A stretch of DNA of 64,000 nucleotides, taken from assembly GCA_046290225.1 (NCBI GenBank), contig JBKAGE010000078.1, forward strand, positions 448,001-512,000, read 5' to 3'. Below are positions 53,423 to 64,000 of this stretch, piece by piece. Source of the stretch: Bradymonadia bacterium. GTDB taxonomy: Bacteria; Myxococcota_A; Bradymonadia; UBA7976; UBA1532. Made by a program: the position numbers and the translations under genes. How positions within the stretch are numbered: the first letter of the stretch is position 1; the number at the start of each line of letters is the position of its first letter. The notes under the pieces were generated by a model, which searched no databases, had not been told where the DNA came from, and saw nothing but the letters and a program-made list of their open reading frames with translations.

Positions 53423-55831
53423 TCAGCTGCGGCGGCGACGGAAGAGGATCATGCCGGGCACGAGGAGCCACAGCAGAGCGGGGCCGGAGAGACCACGGCC
53501 GAAGGCGAAGCTGGAGCAGCCGCCATCGTCGTTGTCGCTGTTCTCGTTGTTCCCGTTGTCACCACCAACACCGTCACCACCAGCGCCGCCGGTCATGCCC
53601 ATGTCGAGGTTCACCGGGGCCTCCATGTCGGGCTCATCAGCGCCCATGTCGGCCTCGCCACCACCCACGCCACCCTCACCACCGGCGCCGCCGGCCATGC
53701 CCATGTCGGGCATGTCGGGCTCGGGGGGCAGCACGGGCCAGTCGGCGACACACTGAGCGGTGCCCAGCACGGCTTCGCAGCGCTGGTACTGAGGACAGGC
53801 GACGCCGTTGCAGGGATCGCCCACGCACTCACCGAGCATGCACATCTCGGCGGCGCCACACTCGACGCCGTCACAGGGATCGGCGACGCAGGAGTTGTCG
53901 ACGCAGATCTGACCCTCTTCGATGCAGCCCACGGGGCCACAGCCGGTGTCTTCGCAGAGGCCGTCGATGCAGGTGGTGGCCTGAGGACAGCTCACGGCGG
54001 CGCAGCTGAAGACGCACTGGCCTTCGCGGCAGAAGCTGCCCAGACCACAGTCGATGCCGGCGCAGGGATCAGCCTCGCAGCCGTTGGGCATGCAGCGCTC
54101 GCCCTCGGGGCAGCCGGTGAAGCCACAGTCTGCGGGGCCACACTCGCCGCCGACGCAGGTCTCGCCCTCACCACAGCTCACGCCGTCGCAGGGATCGACA
54201 CAGCCTTGCTCGGTGCACTCCAGGCCCGCCTCACAGGCGTTGACCAGGCACCAGGGCACACACACGCCGTCGGCGCAGAAGGTGTCGGTGTTCTCGGGGC
54301 AGCTGTTGCCCTCGCCACAGGGCGGCAGGCAGGTGCCCTCGTAGCAGCCCAGGCCACCCTCGCAGAGGTCACCCTCGTCGACGGTGCCGTCGCAGTCCTC
54401 GTCGACGCCGTTGCAGGTCTCCTGAGGACGACCGCCACAGGTGCCACAGGCGTTGAGCACGTTCTCGTCGATGAGGCCGTCGCAGTCGTTGTCCTCGAGG
54501 TCGCAGACCTCTTCCGCAGGCACGGTGACGGGCACGCAGCGGGTCTGGCCGAACTGGCAGGCCCAGCTGCCGAGGCCACAGAGGCCGGAGAGGCCCGTGG
54601 CGCAGTCGCCGGGCACCACCACAGGGCTGCCGTCGGCGTTGGCGTCGACGAAGCCATCGCAGTCGTTGTCGATGCCGTCACAGACCTCGGGACCACCGTC
54701 GGGCTCGCAGACCACGGTGTCACAGGCGTCACCGTCGCCGTCGCCGTCGGTGTCGAGTTGGTCGACGTTGAGCACCTTGGGGCAGTTGTCGCAGAGATCA
54801 CCGATGCCGTCGCCGTCGAAGTCGGCCTGATCGGGGTTGGGCACGCCCGGGCAGTTGTCCTGAGGCAGGCAGATCTCGTCGAAGTCCTCGTCGGAGCAGG
54901 GCAGGCCGCGGCCCCACTGGGTGGCGAAGCAGACCTCTTCACTGGTCTGACCCGGCGCCAGGGGCCCTACGTCGTAGCGCAGAGCGATGGTGACGTCGTA
55001 GCCGCTGTCGGTCTGGAGGTTCTCGTCGAGGTCGGAGTTGTCACCGCGGCGGTTGATGTTGTTCCGCAGCTGGCTGCAGGCCCCGTTCTCCATGCTCTGG
55101 ATGAGGGTGCGCTGCTCGGAGTACTGACCGACCTCCCAGGAGGTCAGGTAGGGATCATTGCGGGCGAGGCCGTACATGCCCAGGAAGGTGGCCGGCTCTT
55201 CGGGGTTGTCACCGGAGTCAAACTGCCAGACCGTCTTGGGCACCCCAACGCTGGTGGCGCCGAAGTCGTCGCTCAGCGAGGGGTTCACGCCGAAGTACAT
55301 GTCGCCGTCGGTGTAGGGGGTCAGCGAGACCACCTGCATGGGCTGACCGGAGATGTTGGTCAGCGTGTAGCAGCGCTCGAGGATGGTGCAGTCGAGGCGG
55401 TGACGGGCCACCACCTCGAGGCCCAGCGTGTTGAACTGCGCCCGGACCTCGTTGCCGTCGACCACGGCCTGGAGCTGTGCCCCACCCTGGCGACCGCTCT
55501 CGAGCCACTGGCCCTGAGTGCCCCCTGCCCCTTCGCGGCACAGGAACACCATGGACTCGAAGATGGTGGAGGTGTCGCCCGTGTCGGGCTCGTCGTCCAC
55601 AGGGTTGTAGAATGCCCGGCTGTTCGGCGCCGAGACCGCGCTGCCCATGGCACCAAAGGCGTCGATGCCCAAACGGACCTGCCCGAGCTGAGGATCACAG
55701 AAGGGATCTGTGGCCAGCTGAGCAGAGTCGCCGTTGGCCAGTGGCTGGGCAGAAGCCCCGCTCCACCCGAAAGCGACCCCTGCCAGCGTCAGACAGGTGA
55801 GGTTGAGAATGCGATTACCGAGAAGGTTCAT
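53423..55831 (-). CDS. Cys-rich cell-surface protein with MYXO-CTERM-like tail (TraA-like architecture)
   Basis: Signal peptide; ~290-aa globular N-domain; TSP3; [12 protein letters not shown] repeats; DPCxxVxCxxGxxCxxGxC repeats; DDGGC + TM + RRRRS. Confidence 0.85.
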   Translation of the reverse strand: MNLLGNRILNLTCLTLAGVAFGWSGASAQPLANGDSAQLATDPFCDPQLGQVRLGIDAFGAMGSAVSAPNSRAFYNPVDDEPDTGDTSTIFESMVFLCREGAGGTQGQWLESGRQGGAQLQAVVDGNEVRAQFNTLGLEVVARHRLDCTILERCYTLTNISGQPMQVVSLTPYTDGDMYFGVNPSLSDDFGATSVGVPKTVWQFDSGDNPEEPATFLGMYGLARNDPYLTSWEVGQYSEQRTLIQSMENGACSQLRNNINRRGDNSDLDENLQTDSGYDVTIALRYDVGPLAPGQTSEEVCFATQWGRGLPCSDEDFDEICLPQDNCPGVPNPDQADFDGDGIGDLCDNCPKVLNVDQLDTDGDGDGDACDTVVCEPDGGPEVCDGIDNDCDGFVDANADGSPVVVPGDCATGLSGLCGLGSWACQFGQTRCVPVTVPAEEVCDLEDNDCDGLIDENVLNACGTCGGRPQETCNGVDEDCDGTVDEGDLCEGGLGCYEGTCLPPCGEGNSCPENTDTFCADGVCVPWCLVNACEAGLECTEQGCVDPCDGVSCGEGETCVGGECGPADCGFTGCPEGERCMPNGCEADPCAGIDCGLGSFCREGQCVFSCAAVSCPQATTCIDGLCEDTGCGPVGCIEEGQICVDNSCVADPCDGVECGAAEMCMLGECVGDPCNGVACPQYQRCEAVLGTAQCVADWPVLPPEPDMPDMGMAGGAGGEGGVGGGEADMGADEPDMEAPVNLDMGMTGGAGGDGVGGDNGNNENSDNDDGGCSSFAFGRGLSGPALLWLLVPGMILFRRRRS

Positions 55832-56047
55832 CTGGTCTCCAGCCGGTATACCCAAGTTCATACCGAGGTGGGTGCTGGGCCCACCTCACAATCGGCGTAC
55901 GTTACCAGGGGAGGCCAGATGTAGGAAAGGTGTCACCTCATCTTCATCAAAAAACTGATTGTGTGACTGGAGAAATCTGAGGGAGGCGCACTCGAAGCGG
56001 TCACCGCCTGAGTGCGCAGAGTGCGGTCCGTGAGCCCAGGCAGTGGC

Positions 56048-58108
56048 TCAGTAGGCCGCGAGGCGGGTCATGGCGGCGAGGACGTCGTCTTCCTGAGGCA
56101 GGATGGCCCGCTCGAGGATGCGGGAGAACGCCACGGGCACATCTTTGGCCCCGAGACGCATCACCGGGGCGTCAAGCCACTCGAAGGCCAACTCCCCGGC
56201 CTCGGCGGCGATCTCGGCGCCGAAGCCCTGGGTGCGGTGATCCTCATGCACGATGAGCAGCTTGCCGGTCTTCTTCACCGACTCCACCACGGCCTCTTTG
56301 TCCCAGGGGCGGATCGAGCGCAGGTCGATGACCTCGGCCTCGACGCCTTCCTTGGCGAGCTTGTTCGCCGCCCGGATGCTCCAGTGCACCGGGGTGCCCC
56401 AGGCCACCACCGTGATGTCGGAGCCAGGGCGCCGGATACGCGCCTTGCCGAAAGGCACCGCGTGATCAGTGTCACAGCGCGGTGTGGCGGCGAAGAGCTG
56501 GTTGTAGAGGAACTTGGGCTCCAGGAAGAAGCTCATGCCCCGGCTGCGGATGCAGGTGCGCAGCAAGCCCGCGGCGTCGTCGGCGAAGGCAGGCACCACC
56601 ACCCGGATGCCGGGCAGGTGGGCGAAGAGGGCCTCGACGTTCTGGGAGTGATACAGCCCGCCGCCGATGTAGCCACCGCTCGACAAACGCAAGGTGACGT
56701 TGGGGCTGAACTGGCCCACGGAGCGCCAGTAGTCGTGGCTCATCTCCACGAGCTGCTCCATGGCCGGCCACACATAGTCGGCGAACTGCGCAGCCTCCAC
56801 CACCACCCGGATGTCGTCCCGGTAGCGGCACAGGCCGTTGGCGGTGCCCACGATGTAGTCCTCGGCGATGGGGCCGTTGAACACGCGCTCGGCGCCGAAG
56901 GCCGCCTCCATCCCCTTGGTGACGTTGAACACCCCACCCTTGTCCTTGCTGGCCACGTCCTGGCCCCACAAGAAGGTGTTGGGGTTGTGGGTGAACTCCG
57001 CGTGCAGGGTCTCGTTGATGGCCTCCCGCAGCTTCCACTTGTCGCCGCTGTCGGGGGTGGCGGTCTCCCGGGGCTGCCAGGGATCAGGCCAGAGGTAGTC
57101 GAGGACCGTCTCCGGATCAGGGGTGGCCGCGGCCTCACCTCGGTCGCCGGCATCGTCGACGGTCTTCTTGTTCTGCGCCTCGATGGCCACGAGCTCGTCT
57201 TCGGTGGCGAAGCCCGCCTCGAGGATCGCCGCCCGCAGGCCCGGCAACGGATCGTGGGTGGCGGCTTCGGCGATCTCCTCGTCGGAGCGGTAGAGGTCGT
57301 GACGATCGGAGTTGCTGTGGGCGCCGATGCGCACGCACTGGGCGTGCACCAGGGCGGGGCCCTCACCGGTGCGCACGTAGGCGATGGCCTCCTGCATGGC
57401 CCGGTGACTGTCGATGAAGTCAGTGCCGTCGCAGTTGAAGATGCCCAGGTTCGCCAGGCCAGTGTAGTTGTCGCTCACCCGAGTGTTGGCGGACTGCTGC
57501 GCAGTGGGCACCGAGATGCCGTAGCCGTTGTTCTGCACCACGAAGACCACCGGGAGCTTCTCGCGGCTCGCGCCGTTGAGCGCCTCGTAGACGTAGCCCT
57601 CGCTGGTGCTCGACTCGCCCTGGCTCGAGAAGGCGATCTCGTCGCCCCCATAGAACTTGATGGCCCGGGCCACACCGACAGCGTGCAGCGTGTGGTTACC
57701 CGTGCACGACGACACGTTCTGGATACGGATCGACGGCTTGGCGATGTGGTTGGACATGTGCCGCCCACCGCTCGCCGGATCATCCGCCCGGGAGAGCCCG
57801 TTGAGCACAATCTCGTAGGGGGTGACCCCAGCGGCGAGGCAGGTGAGCATGTCCCGGTAGTACGGGAACAGGAAGTCCTGGCTCTGCCTGAAGGCCATCC
57901 CCAGAGCGAGCTGGATGCCGTCATGGCCCGCGAAGGGGGCGTGGTAGCTCCAGCCCATGGCCTTGCGGATGTAGCCGCTGGCCTTGTCTTCCATCAAGCG
58001 GCCGAGGTGGGTGGTGCGGTACCACGAGACCGCCGTCTCTCCTGGCAGATCGGCGATGGTCTGCGGCAGTTCGAGCGCCTCGTCGTTCTTGGCCACGGGG
58101 TTTTGCAC
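56048..58108 (-). CDS. 2-oxoacid (probably branched-chain) dehydrogenase E1, fused alpha+beta
   Basis: PYYRD, SGGRHMSNH, QGESSTSEG..QNN, HSNSD; GQDV..GGVF, QFADY, GLYHSQ, FLEPK, IDLRS. Confidence 0.93.
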   Translation of the reverse strand: MQNPVAKNDEALELPQTIADLPGETAVSWYRTTHLGRLMEDKASGYIRKAMGWSYHAPFAGHDGIQLALGMAFRQSQDFLFPYYRDMLTCLAAGVTPYEIVLNGLSRADDPASGGRHMSNHIAKPSIRIQNVSSCTGNHTLHAVGVARAIKFYGGDEIAFSSQGESSTSEGYVYEALNGASREKLPVVFVVQNNGYGISVPTAQQSANTRVSDNYTGLANLGIFNCDGTDFIDSHRAMQEAIAYVRTGEGPALVHAQCVRIGAHSNSDRHDLYRSDEEIAEAATHDPLPGLRAAILEAGFATEDELVAIEAQNKKTVDDAGDRGEAAATPDPETVLDYLWPDPWQPRETATPDSGDKWKLREAINETLHAEFTHNPNTFLWGQDVASKDKGGVFNVTKGMEAAFGAERVFNGPIAEDYIVGTANGLCRYRDDIRVVVEAAQFADYVWPAMEQLVEMSHDYWRSVGQFSPNVTLRLSSGGYIGGGLYHSQNVEALFAHLPGIRVVVPAFADDAAGLLRTCIRSRGMSFFLEPKFLYNQLFAATPRCDTDHAVPFGKARIRRPGSDITVVAWGTPVHWSIRAANKLAKEGVEAEVIDLRSIRPWDKEAVVESVKKTGKLLIVHEDHRTQGFGAEIAAEAGELAFEWLDAPVMRLGAKDVPVAFSRILERAILPQEDDVLAAMTRLAAY

Positions 58109-58261
58109 GGGTCATTCTCCTTGTACGGCCTTCACCGGATTTACATCAGAACCAGATGCAGGCAGTCAGGTCTGTGTCGCGTGTCAATCTAGCTGCCCCC
58201 TTGCGGCCGTCAAGGCTCTGGGGCATCTGATGGCTCAAAGACACCACATGAGGCCTTCGTC

Positions 58262-58594
58262 ATGAGCTCAGATCCCGCCCGAGACCGCCGTATCACCGCT
58301 TTGCAGCAGATGCTCGCAGAGCAGCCCGAGGACGAGTTCGCCCTCTACGCGCTGGCGTTGGAATACAAGAACGGCGGCGAAGACCATTGGGATGAGGCAG
58401 AAGCGCTCTTCGAGAAGCTGCTGAAGGTGCAGCCCGACCAGCTCTATGGCTGGTATCAGCTCGGCGACCTGCGGATCGGAGACGGACGCCCCGACGAAGC
58501 CCGCGAGGCGCTGGAGGCAGGACTCGAGCGCGCCGAAGCCCTCGGCGACGCAAAGGCTGCCGGAGAGCTACAGGCCCTGCTCGATCAGGTGTGA
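58262..58594 (+). CDS. Small TPR protein
   Basis: PEDEFALYALALEY..YGWYQLG..A..ALEAG. Confidence 0.8.
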   Translation: MSSDPARDRRITALQQMLAEQPEDEFALYALALEYKNGGEDHWDEAEALFEKLLKVQPDQLYGWYQLGDLRIGDGRPDEAREALEAGLERAEALGDAKAAGELQALLDQV

Positions 58595-58598
58595 GGGC

Positions 58599-59596
58599 TC
58601 AGCGGAGGGCGCCGGTGATGGCTGCGATCATCTCTGAGGTGGTGGCGGTGCCGCCGAGATCCTCGGTGAGATATTTCTTCTCCACCATCACGGTCTCCAC
58701 CGCAGCTTGGAGGCGATCAGCGACGTCGCCCTGACCGATGTGCCGCACCAGGTGGATACCCGGCATGATCATGGACATGGGGTTGACCTTGTTGGTGCCC
58801 GCCAGCTGCTTGAGGCGGCCGTGGAGCATCTCGAACATGGTGCAGTCTTCGCCCATGTCCACCCCCCACACAGCGCTGATGCCGCCCACGAGGCCAGCAC
58901 ACAGGTCGCTGATGATGTCACCGTAGAGGTTGCCGCAGATCAGCACGTCGAACTGGTAGGGGTTCTGCACGAGCTGCATGCAGGTGTTGTCCACGATGAG
59001 ACCCCGGGTCTCCACATTGGGGTAGTCCTGCCCCACCTCGAGGCCGGTGTTCAGGAAGAGGCCATCGGCCTTCTTCATGATGTTGGCCTTGTGGATGATG
59101 GCCACCTTCTGCCGGCCCGTCTGACGGGCATAGCGGAAGCCGAAGCGCATAATGCGCTCGGTGGCAGTGCGGGTCACCACCTTAAGCGACTCCACCACCC
59201 CGGGATGCACGGAGTGCTCGTGACCACCGTACACATCCTCGGTGTTCTCCCGGATTACCACCAGATCGAGATCGGGGTAGCGGGTGTCGAGGCCCTTGAG
59301 GGTGCGGCAGCGACGCACGCCCGCGTATAGATCGAGCTCGGTGCGCAGCTTGTACGAGGGGCTGCGGTAGCCCGCGGACATCGGCGTGCGCAGGGGGGCC
59401 TTCAACGCCACCCCGTTCGCCCGGATCGAGTCGATCCAGGCTTGGGTCACCGGGCCCTCTTCGGGATCGATCTTCGAGGGAACCTCGAGCCACTCCCATT
59501 CCACCTGTGCCCCTGCCTGAGCGAGGAGCTCGGTCACCGGGCCAGCGAGATCACGGCCCAGGAAATCGCCTGGGATCAACGAGACTTTCTTGGCGC

Positions 59597-59600
<4 letters not shown>
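58599..59600 (-). CDS. IDH/IMDH-family paralogue with degenerate nucleotide-binding loop
   Basis: GTG 59600 overlaps the upstream TGA; RENTED, HKANIMK, NLYGDIISD retained; HGSAPDI replaced by HGRLKQL. Confidence 0.88.
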
Positions 59601-60625
<1,025 letters not shown>

Positions 60626-60815
60626 TGCGCTCTCCTTGGTTGAGCGGCAGCCCGTAGAGCTGCAGCTGAGCCACCGGGCGCTCTCGATGATCTCAGTCAA
60701 CGGTGCGCGGGGCGACCCATAGGGGTGACGGCGGGGAGACTAACATTTCGCAGGATGGTTTCAAGAGCCGGCATATGAACAGCGGGCCCGGCCCCGGGCA
60801 GGACCGAGAGGAAGC

Positions 60816-61532
60816 TCAGATGCCCAACATCTGAATGGCGAGGCCACTCGACGCGATGGCGAGGCCCGCGAGGGTGTTGGCGTGGCGCTCCATGGACTTG
60901 AGAGGGGCGAAGGACAACCCCACGGCCCCCACGGCCACCGCAGCCACCATGGTGAGGATGGTCACCACGCTGAAGACCGCCGCCACCGAGATCACACCGG
61001 ACCAGTCGTGGGCATAGGCCGGCGCCATGAACATCGGGATCAACGCCTCACAGGGGCCGAGCACGAACAAGATGAACAGCGCCCACCGGGTCATGCCCTT
61101 GCGATCCCCTGCCCCATGGGCGTGGGCGTGGTTGCCCTGGTGGTTGTGATCGTGATGATGCAGCGTGCCGTCCTCGTGGGCGTGCACGTGACTGTGATGC
61201 TTGCCCTTCGCCGCCCGCCACGCCGAGATGGCGGCATAGATCAGCCCGAAGGCGATGAGGCCCCAGGCGGCGATGGACCCTCGAAAGCCCTCGATGATCT
61301 CCAACCGCTCCACGGCGACGCCGAGGCCCACCCCGATGAGGCCGAGGGCCACAGAGCCCACCACGTGGCCCACGCCACACAATGCGGTAAAGCCGAGGGT
61401 CTTGCGCAGGCTCCAGTTTCGAGCCTTGCCGATCAAGATGAAGGGCAGATAGTGGTCCACGCCGATGAGGGTGTGCATGAAGGCCACCGAGGCGGCGGCC
61501 CAGAGAAGCACTGTGAGTGTGGGATCGTTCAT
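60816..61532 (-). CDS. Nickel transporter (UreH/SodT-like) with His-rich loop
   Basis: HTLIGVDH (Hx4-5DH), GVGH, HHSHVHAH..HHHDHNH, GPCEAL, multiple TM helices; in the sodN operon. Confidence 0.85.
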   Translation of the reverse strand: MNDPTLTVLLWAAASVAFMHTLIGVDHYLPFILIGKARNWSLRKTLGFTALCGVGHVVGSVALGLIGVGLGVAVERLEIIEGFRGSIAAWGLIAFGLIYAAISAWRAAKGKHHSHVHAHEDGTLHHHDHNHQGNHAHAHGAGDRKGMTRWALFILFVLGPCEALIPMFMAPAYAHDWSGVISVAAVFSVVTILTMVAAVAVGAVGLSFAPLKSMERHANTLAGLAIASSGLAIQMLGI

Positions 61533-61834
61533 GAAGGCCCATCCAGGGGGCCCAGGATCCGACCGAGGATCAGGGCCCGTGGGAGCGCCCCGAAGCCCCT
61601 GCTGTCAGAGCTCTCGAGGCGGTTGTCGCCGACGACGAACACATGGCCCTCGTCGGTGAGGTGGGAGACGCGCTTGACGATGCGCACCCCGCTTTTGAAG
61701 GGGTGCTTTGCCAGGACCACGTCGCCGGGGCAAGGGGGCGAGTCGCTGTAGACGCCTTCAGCGACGAGCAACACGTCGCCGTCGCTGAAGGTGGGGTACA
61801 TGCTGTCACCGTCGATGCGGACGGCGAGGTGCCT
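61529..61834 (-). CDS. sodX: NiSOD maturation protease (S26 family); coding frame starts directly after the sodN stop and has no canonical start before the catalytic Ser
   Basis: VRIDGDSMYPTF..GDVV..HP..IVKRV..GDN..SSDSRGFG; the first ATG (61801) is one codon after the catalytic Ser. Confidence 0.88.
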   Translation of the reverse strand, partial: RHLAVRIDGDSMYPTFSDGDVLLVAEGVYSDSPPCPGDVVLAKHPFKSGVRIVKRVSHLTDEGHVFVVGDNRLESSDSRGFGALPRALILGRILGPLDGPS

Positions 61835-62287
61835 TCAGGAGGCGGTGTACCATGCCACGTCGCGGCCCTTGGACTTCCAGAAGATCTCGTGGATCTCCTT
61901 GATGGCGTCCATGAGCTCACCGGCGTGCTCCACGCTCACCTCGACCTTGCACGAAGAGCAGAGCTTCGCGGCCTTCCAGAAGACCTCGTGCAGGTTGGGG
62001 AAGTCGGCGAGATGCTTGGGCTTGAAGTAATCGGTCCAGAGCACGAGCAGCTCTTCCTTGGCGAGGTGAGCCTGCTCTTCCTTGATGGCCACGAACCGGG
62101 CGAAGGTGTTGTGGTAGGCCACCATGGCGGCCTTGTTGCCGGCATCGGGGACCTCTAGGGCCACAAGCTTCTTGGTCATCGAGACCACGGCCTCCGCGGC
62201 GATGCGGGCGCTGGCGGGATCGTACACGCCGCAGGGTCCATCACAATGTGCCTCGGCCACCATCACGTCGTCGATGTGAGTCTTCAC
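61835..62287 (-). CDS. sodN: Nickel superoxide dismutase precursor with 13-aa leader
   Basis: GAGGA RBS before GTG 62287; AEA/HCDGPCGVYDP Ni-hook; LWTDYFK. Confidence 0.96.
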   Translation of the reverse strand: MKTHIDDVMVAEAHCDGPCGVYDPASARIAAEAVVSMTKKLVALEVPDAGNKAAMVAYHNTFARFVAIKEEQAHLAKEELLVLWTDYFKPKHLADFPNLHEVFWKAAKLCSSCKVEVSVEHAGELMDAIKEIHEIFWKSKGRDVAWYTAS

Positions 62288-62487
62288 AAGGTCCTCTTTC
62301 CTCCCCAGGGGGAGCGCAACCAGGATTGATGAAAAAGCGTGCCCGAGTCGCCCCGAGCGCAACGCAGATTCGGCCATCCGATCCCTTGCGTCAAGGTGCA
62401 AGCGAGCCGAGTCTGCGTTGTGTGACCTGGATGCATTTCCGAGAAAATGGTGGCAACAACCCACTCAGTTTATCGAATATTTTCCGT

Positions 62488-63069
62488 TCAGGGGCAGCCG
62501 CCGGGCGTCCACTGAAGCGTTTTGGCCAGAGCGGCCTCGAGCTCAGGGTCGTCGGGGGGGATCTCGTCGTAAGTGCGCCAGACGAGGCGGCCCTGCTGAT
62601 CGAAGAGCATGCTCGCCGGCAACGAGGACACAGCCATCTTCGCCGCCTCGGTCCCCTTCGGATCACCCACGATCAGGAACGGCAGCTTCAAGCGCTGTTT
62701 CACCAACATCGCCTCTGAGGCCTGCGCGTCCAGGCTGATGGCCACCACCTCGAAGCCCTCACGGTGATGCCTTCGGTACAGCTCAGCCAGCACAGGCAAC
62801 TCTTTGACACAGGGCGCGCACCAGCTCGCCCAGAAGTTCACCAGGACCGCCTTGCCTCTCATCTTCGACAGAGACCAGTGGCCCTCGGGGCCCTTGATGG
62901 GCCCTGCGTCACCGAGCTTGGTACCCTTGAGATCCACGCCGACGGACCCGATGGCGCCCGGAAAGGCCGGCGCGGCCAGATCTGCAGGGTTCTGTGTGGT
63001 GGTCGCGGGGGGGTTCGCTGCGACAGCACCTGAGATACACAAGGTCAGGGGGATGAGCAGACGGTGCAT
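62488..63069 (-). CDS. TlpA/ResA-family thiol:disulfide oxidoreductase
   Basis: Signal peptide; LVNFWASWCAPCVKELP. Confidence 0.92.
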   Translation of the reverse strand: MHRLLIPLTLCISGAVAANPPATTTQNPADLAAPAFPGAIGSVGVDLKGTKLGDAGPIKGPEGHWSLSKMRGKAVLVNFWASWCAPCVKELPVLAELYRRHHREGFEVVAISLDAQASEAMLVKQRLKLPFLIVGDPKGTEAAKMAVSSLPASMLFDQQGRLVWRTYDEIPPDDPELEAALAKTLQWTPGGCP

Positions 63070-63189
63070 GGGCTCTCCTGCGTGGGGCGTCGACCATCAG
63101 GATGCTGGACAATGGCCTCGGGGTCCATCCTCGACGGTGGTGGGGAGAGCCTTTATGATGCCCGCCTTTGTGCTCACCGGGGAGATTTC

Positions 63190-64000
63190 ATGGCCATCTG
63201 CTCCACCGCTCACGCCCGCGCTCGAGGCCTCCTGGTCGCCGCGCTGTGGGCGCCGGTGCTCGCCCTGACGACGGCCTGCGGCGAGCAGCCAGCCGCAGCC
63301 CCGGATGCCGCAGCGGCAGTGGCCATCGACGCAGCGGTCATCGCAGCCCCCACCTCCACGACCCCCCCCTCTGAAGAGGCTGTGTCACCGGACGCATCGC
63401 TGCCCGCTGACGCCGCGACGCCACAAAGCCCCATCATCGTGAACAAGGGCAAGATTCAACGCGGCCAGGCAGTGGCCACGGCGCTGAAAAGCCACGGCCT
63501 CACCAGCGCCGACGTCGCTCAAATCGTGAAGGCCCTCGAAGGGGTGTACGACTTCCGCCGCGCCCGGCCCGGCTCGCCTTACGAGATCAAACGGCAACGG
63601 GCCGATGGTGCCCTCGTGCGGTTCCGTTTTCAGCATGGCCCCCTCGAGATCTACGAGGTGAAGCGGGGTGACGACGGGATCCTCGTCGGGGGCCCTCTCA
63701 AAGTGGAGACCCGCACCGAGATCATCAGCAGAGGGGCGAACATCGAGTCTTCACTCTATGCGGCGATGAAGGCCGCCGGTGAGGAGCCGGGCCTCGTGGC
63801 TCTGGTGGTCGACGTCTTCGCCTGGGACATCGACTTCTTCAAGCAGACCCGCAAGGGCGACACGTTTCGAGTGGTGGCCGAGAAGATCTTCGTCGCCGAC
63901 AAGTTCATCCGCTACGGCCGGATTCTCGCGGCGCAGTACGAAGGCAAGGTGGGCAGCTTCAAGGTCTTCTGGTTCGCCCCCGGAGGAGACGACACTCGGG
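63190..64000 (+). CDS. M23 (MepM/Csd3-like) peptidase lipoprotein, 3' end outside the window
   Basis: GGAG RBS; lipobox LTTAC; IESSLY..DVFAWDIDF..RKGDTFRVV.EK..YGRILAAQY; catalytic domain not in the window. Confidence 0.8.
   Translation, partial: MAICSTAHARARGLLVAALWAPVLALTTACGEQPAAAPDAAAAVAIDAAVIAAPTSTTPPSEEAVSPDASLPADAATPQSPIIVNKGKIQRGQAVATALKSHGLTSADVAQIVKALEGVYDFRRARPGSPYEIKRQRADGALVRFRFQHGPLEIYEVKRGDDGILVGGPLKVETRTEIISRGANIESSLYAAMKAAGEEPGLVALVVDVFAWDIDFFKQTRKGDTFRVVAEKIFVADKFIRYGRILAAQYEGKVGSFKVFWFAPGGDDTR

Noticed and set aside
62288..62464. Long N-terminal extension of SodN in the ORF track; possible NiCo riboswitch
   Set aside because: RBS plus GTG at 62287 gives a typical short leader; no four-way-junction riboswitch structure could be supported by eye

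Overview
GC-rich bacterial chromosomal segment, most consistent with a Myxococcota (deltaproteobacterial) genome. Evidence for this: MYXO-CTERM-like tails, Cys-rich DxDxDG lipoproteins, an FHA-GAF sigma-54 activator and a PEGA Ser/Thr kinase. The nickel superoxide dismutase hints at a marine habitat (inference). The first 16.2 kb is a tightly coupled four-gene operon of predicted exported proteins: a giant Ig/FN3 protein ending in an atypical Hint domain, a beta-propeller partner, a tandem rhodanese lacking active-site Cys, and a protein with a very long left-handed beta-helix. The rest is housekeeping and envelope genes: nadB, pgsA, a lytic transglycosylase, a transpeptidase, OmpA proteins, an ABC-F ATPase, HEAT proteins, rnr, a PPIase, a fused 2-oxoacid dehydrogenase E1, two IDH paralogues, sodN-sodX-Ni transporter, TlpA, a partial M23 peptidase, and two tRNAs without encoded CCA. 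Best leads: (1) sodX has no canonical start upstream of its catalytic Ser and lies in frame behind the sodN UGA with a stem-loop 7 nt downstream, suggesting recoding; (2) the Hint-containing surface operon; (3) a CCA-enzyme paralogue with a degenerate polymerase head but an intact HD domain; (4) an intact plus degenerate IDH pair; (5) traAB-like modules. No CRISPR array, rRNA, transposase or integrase was recognised. All calls come from reading motifs by eye; no searches were run.
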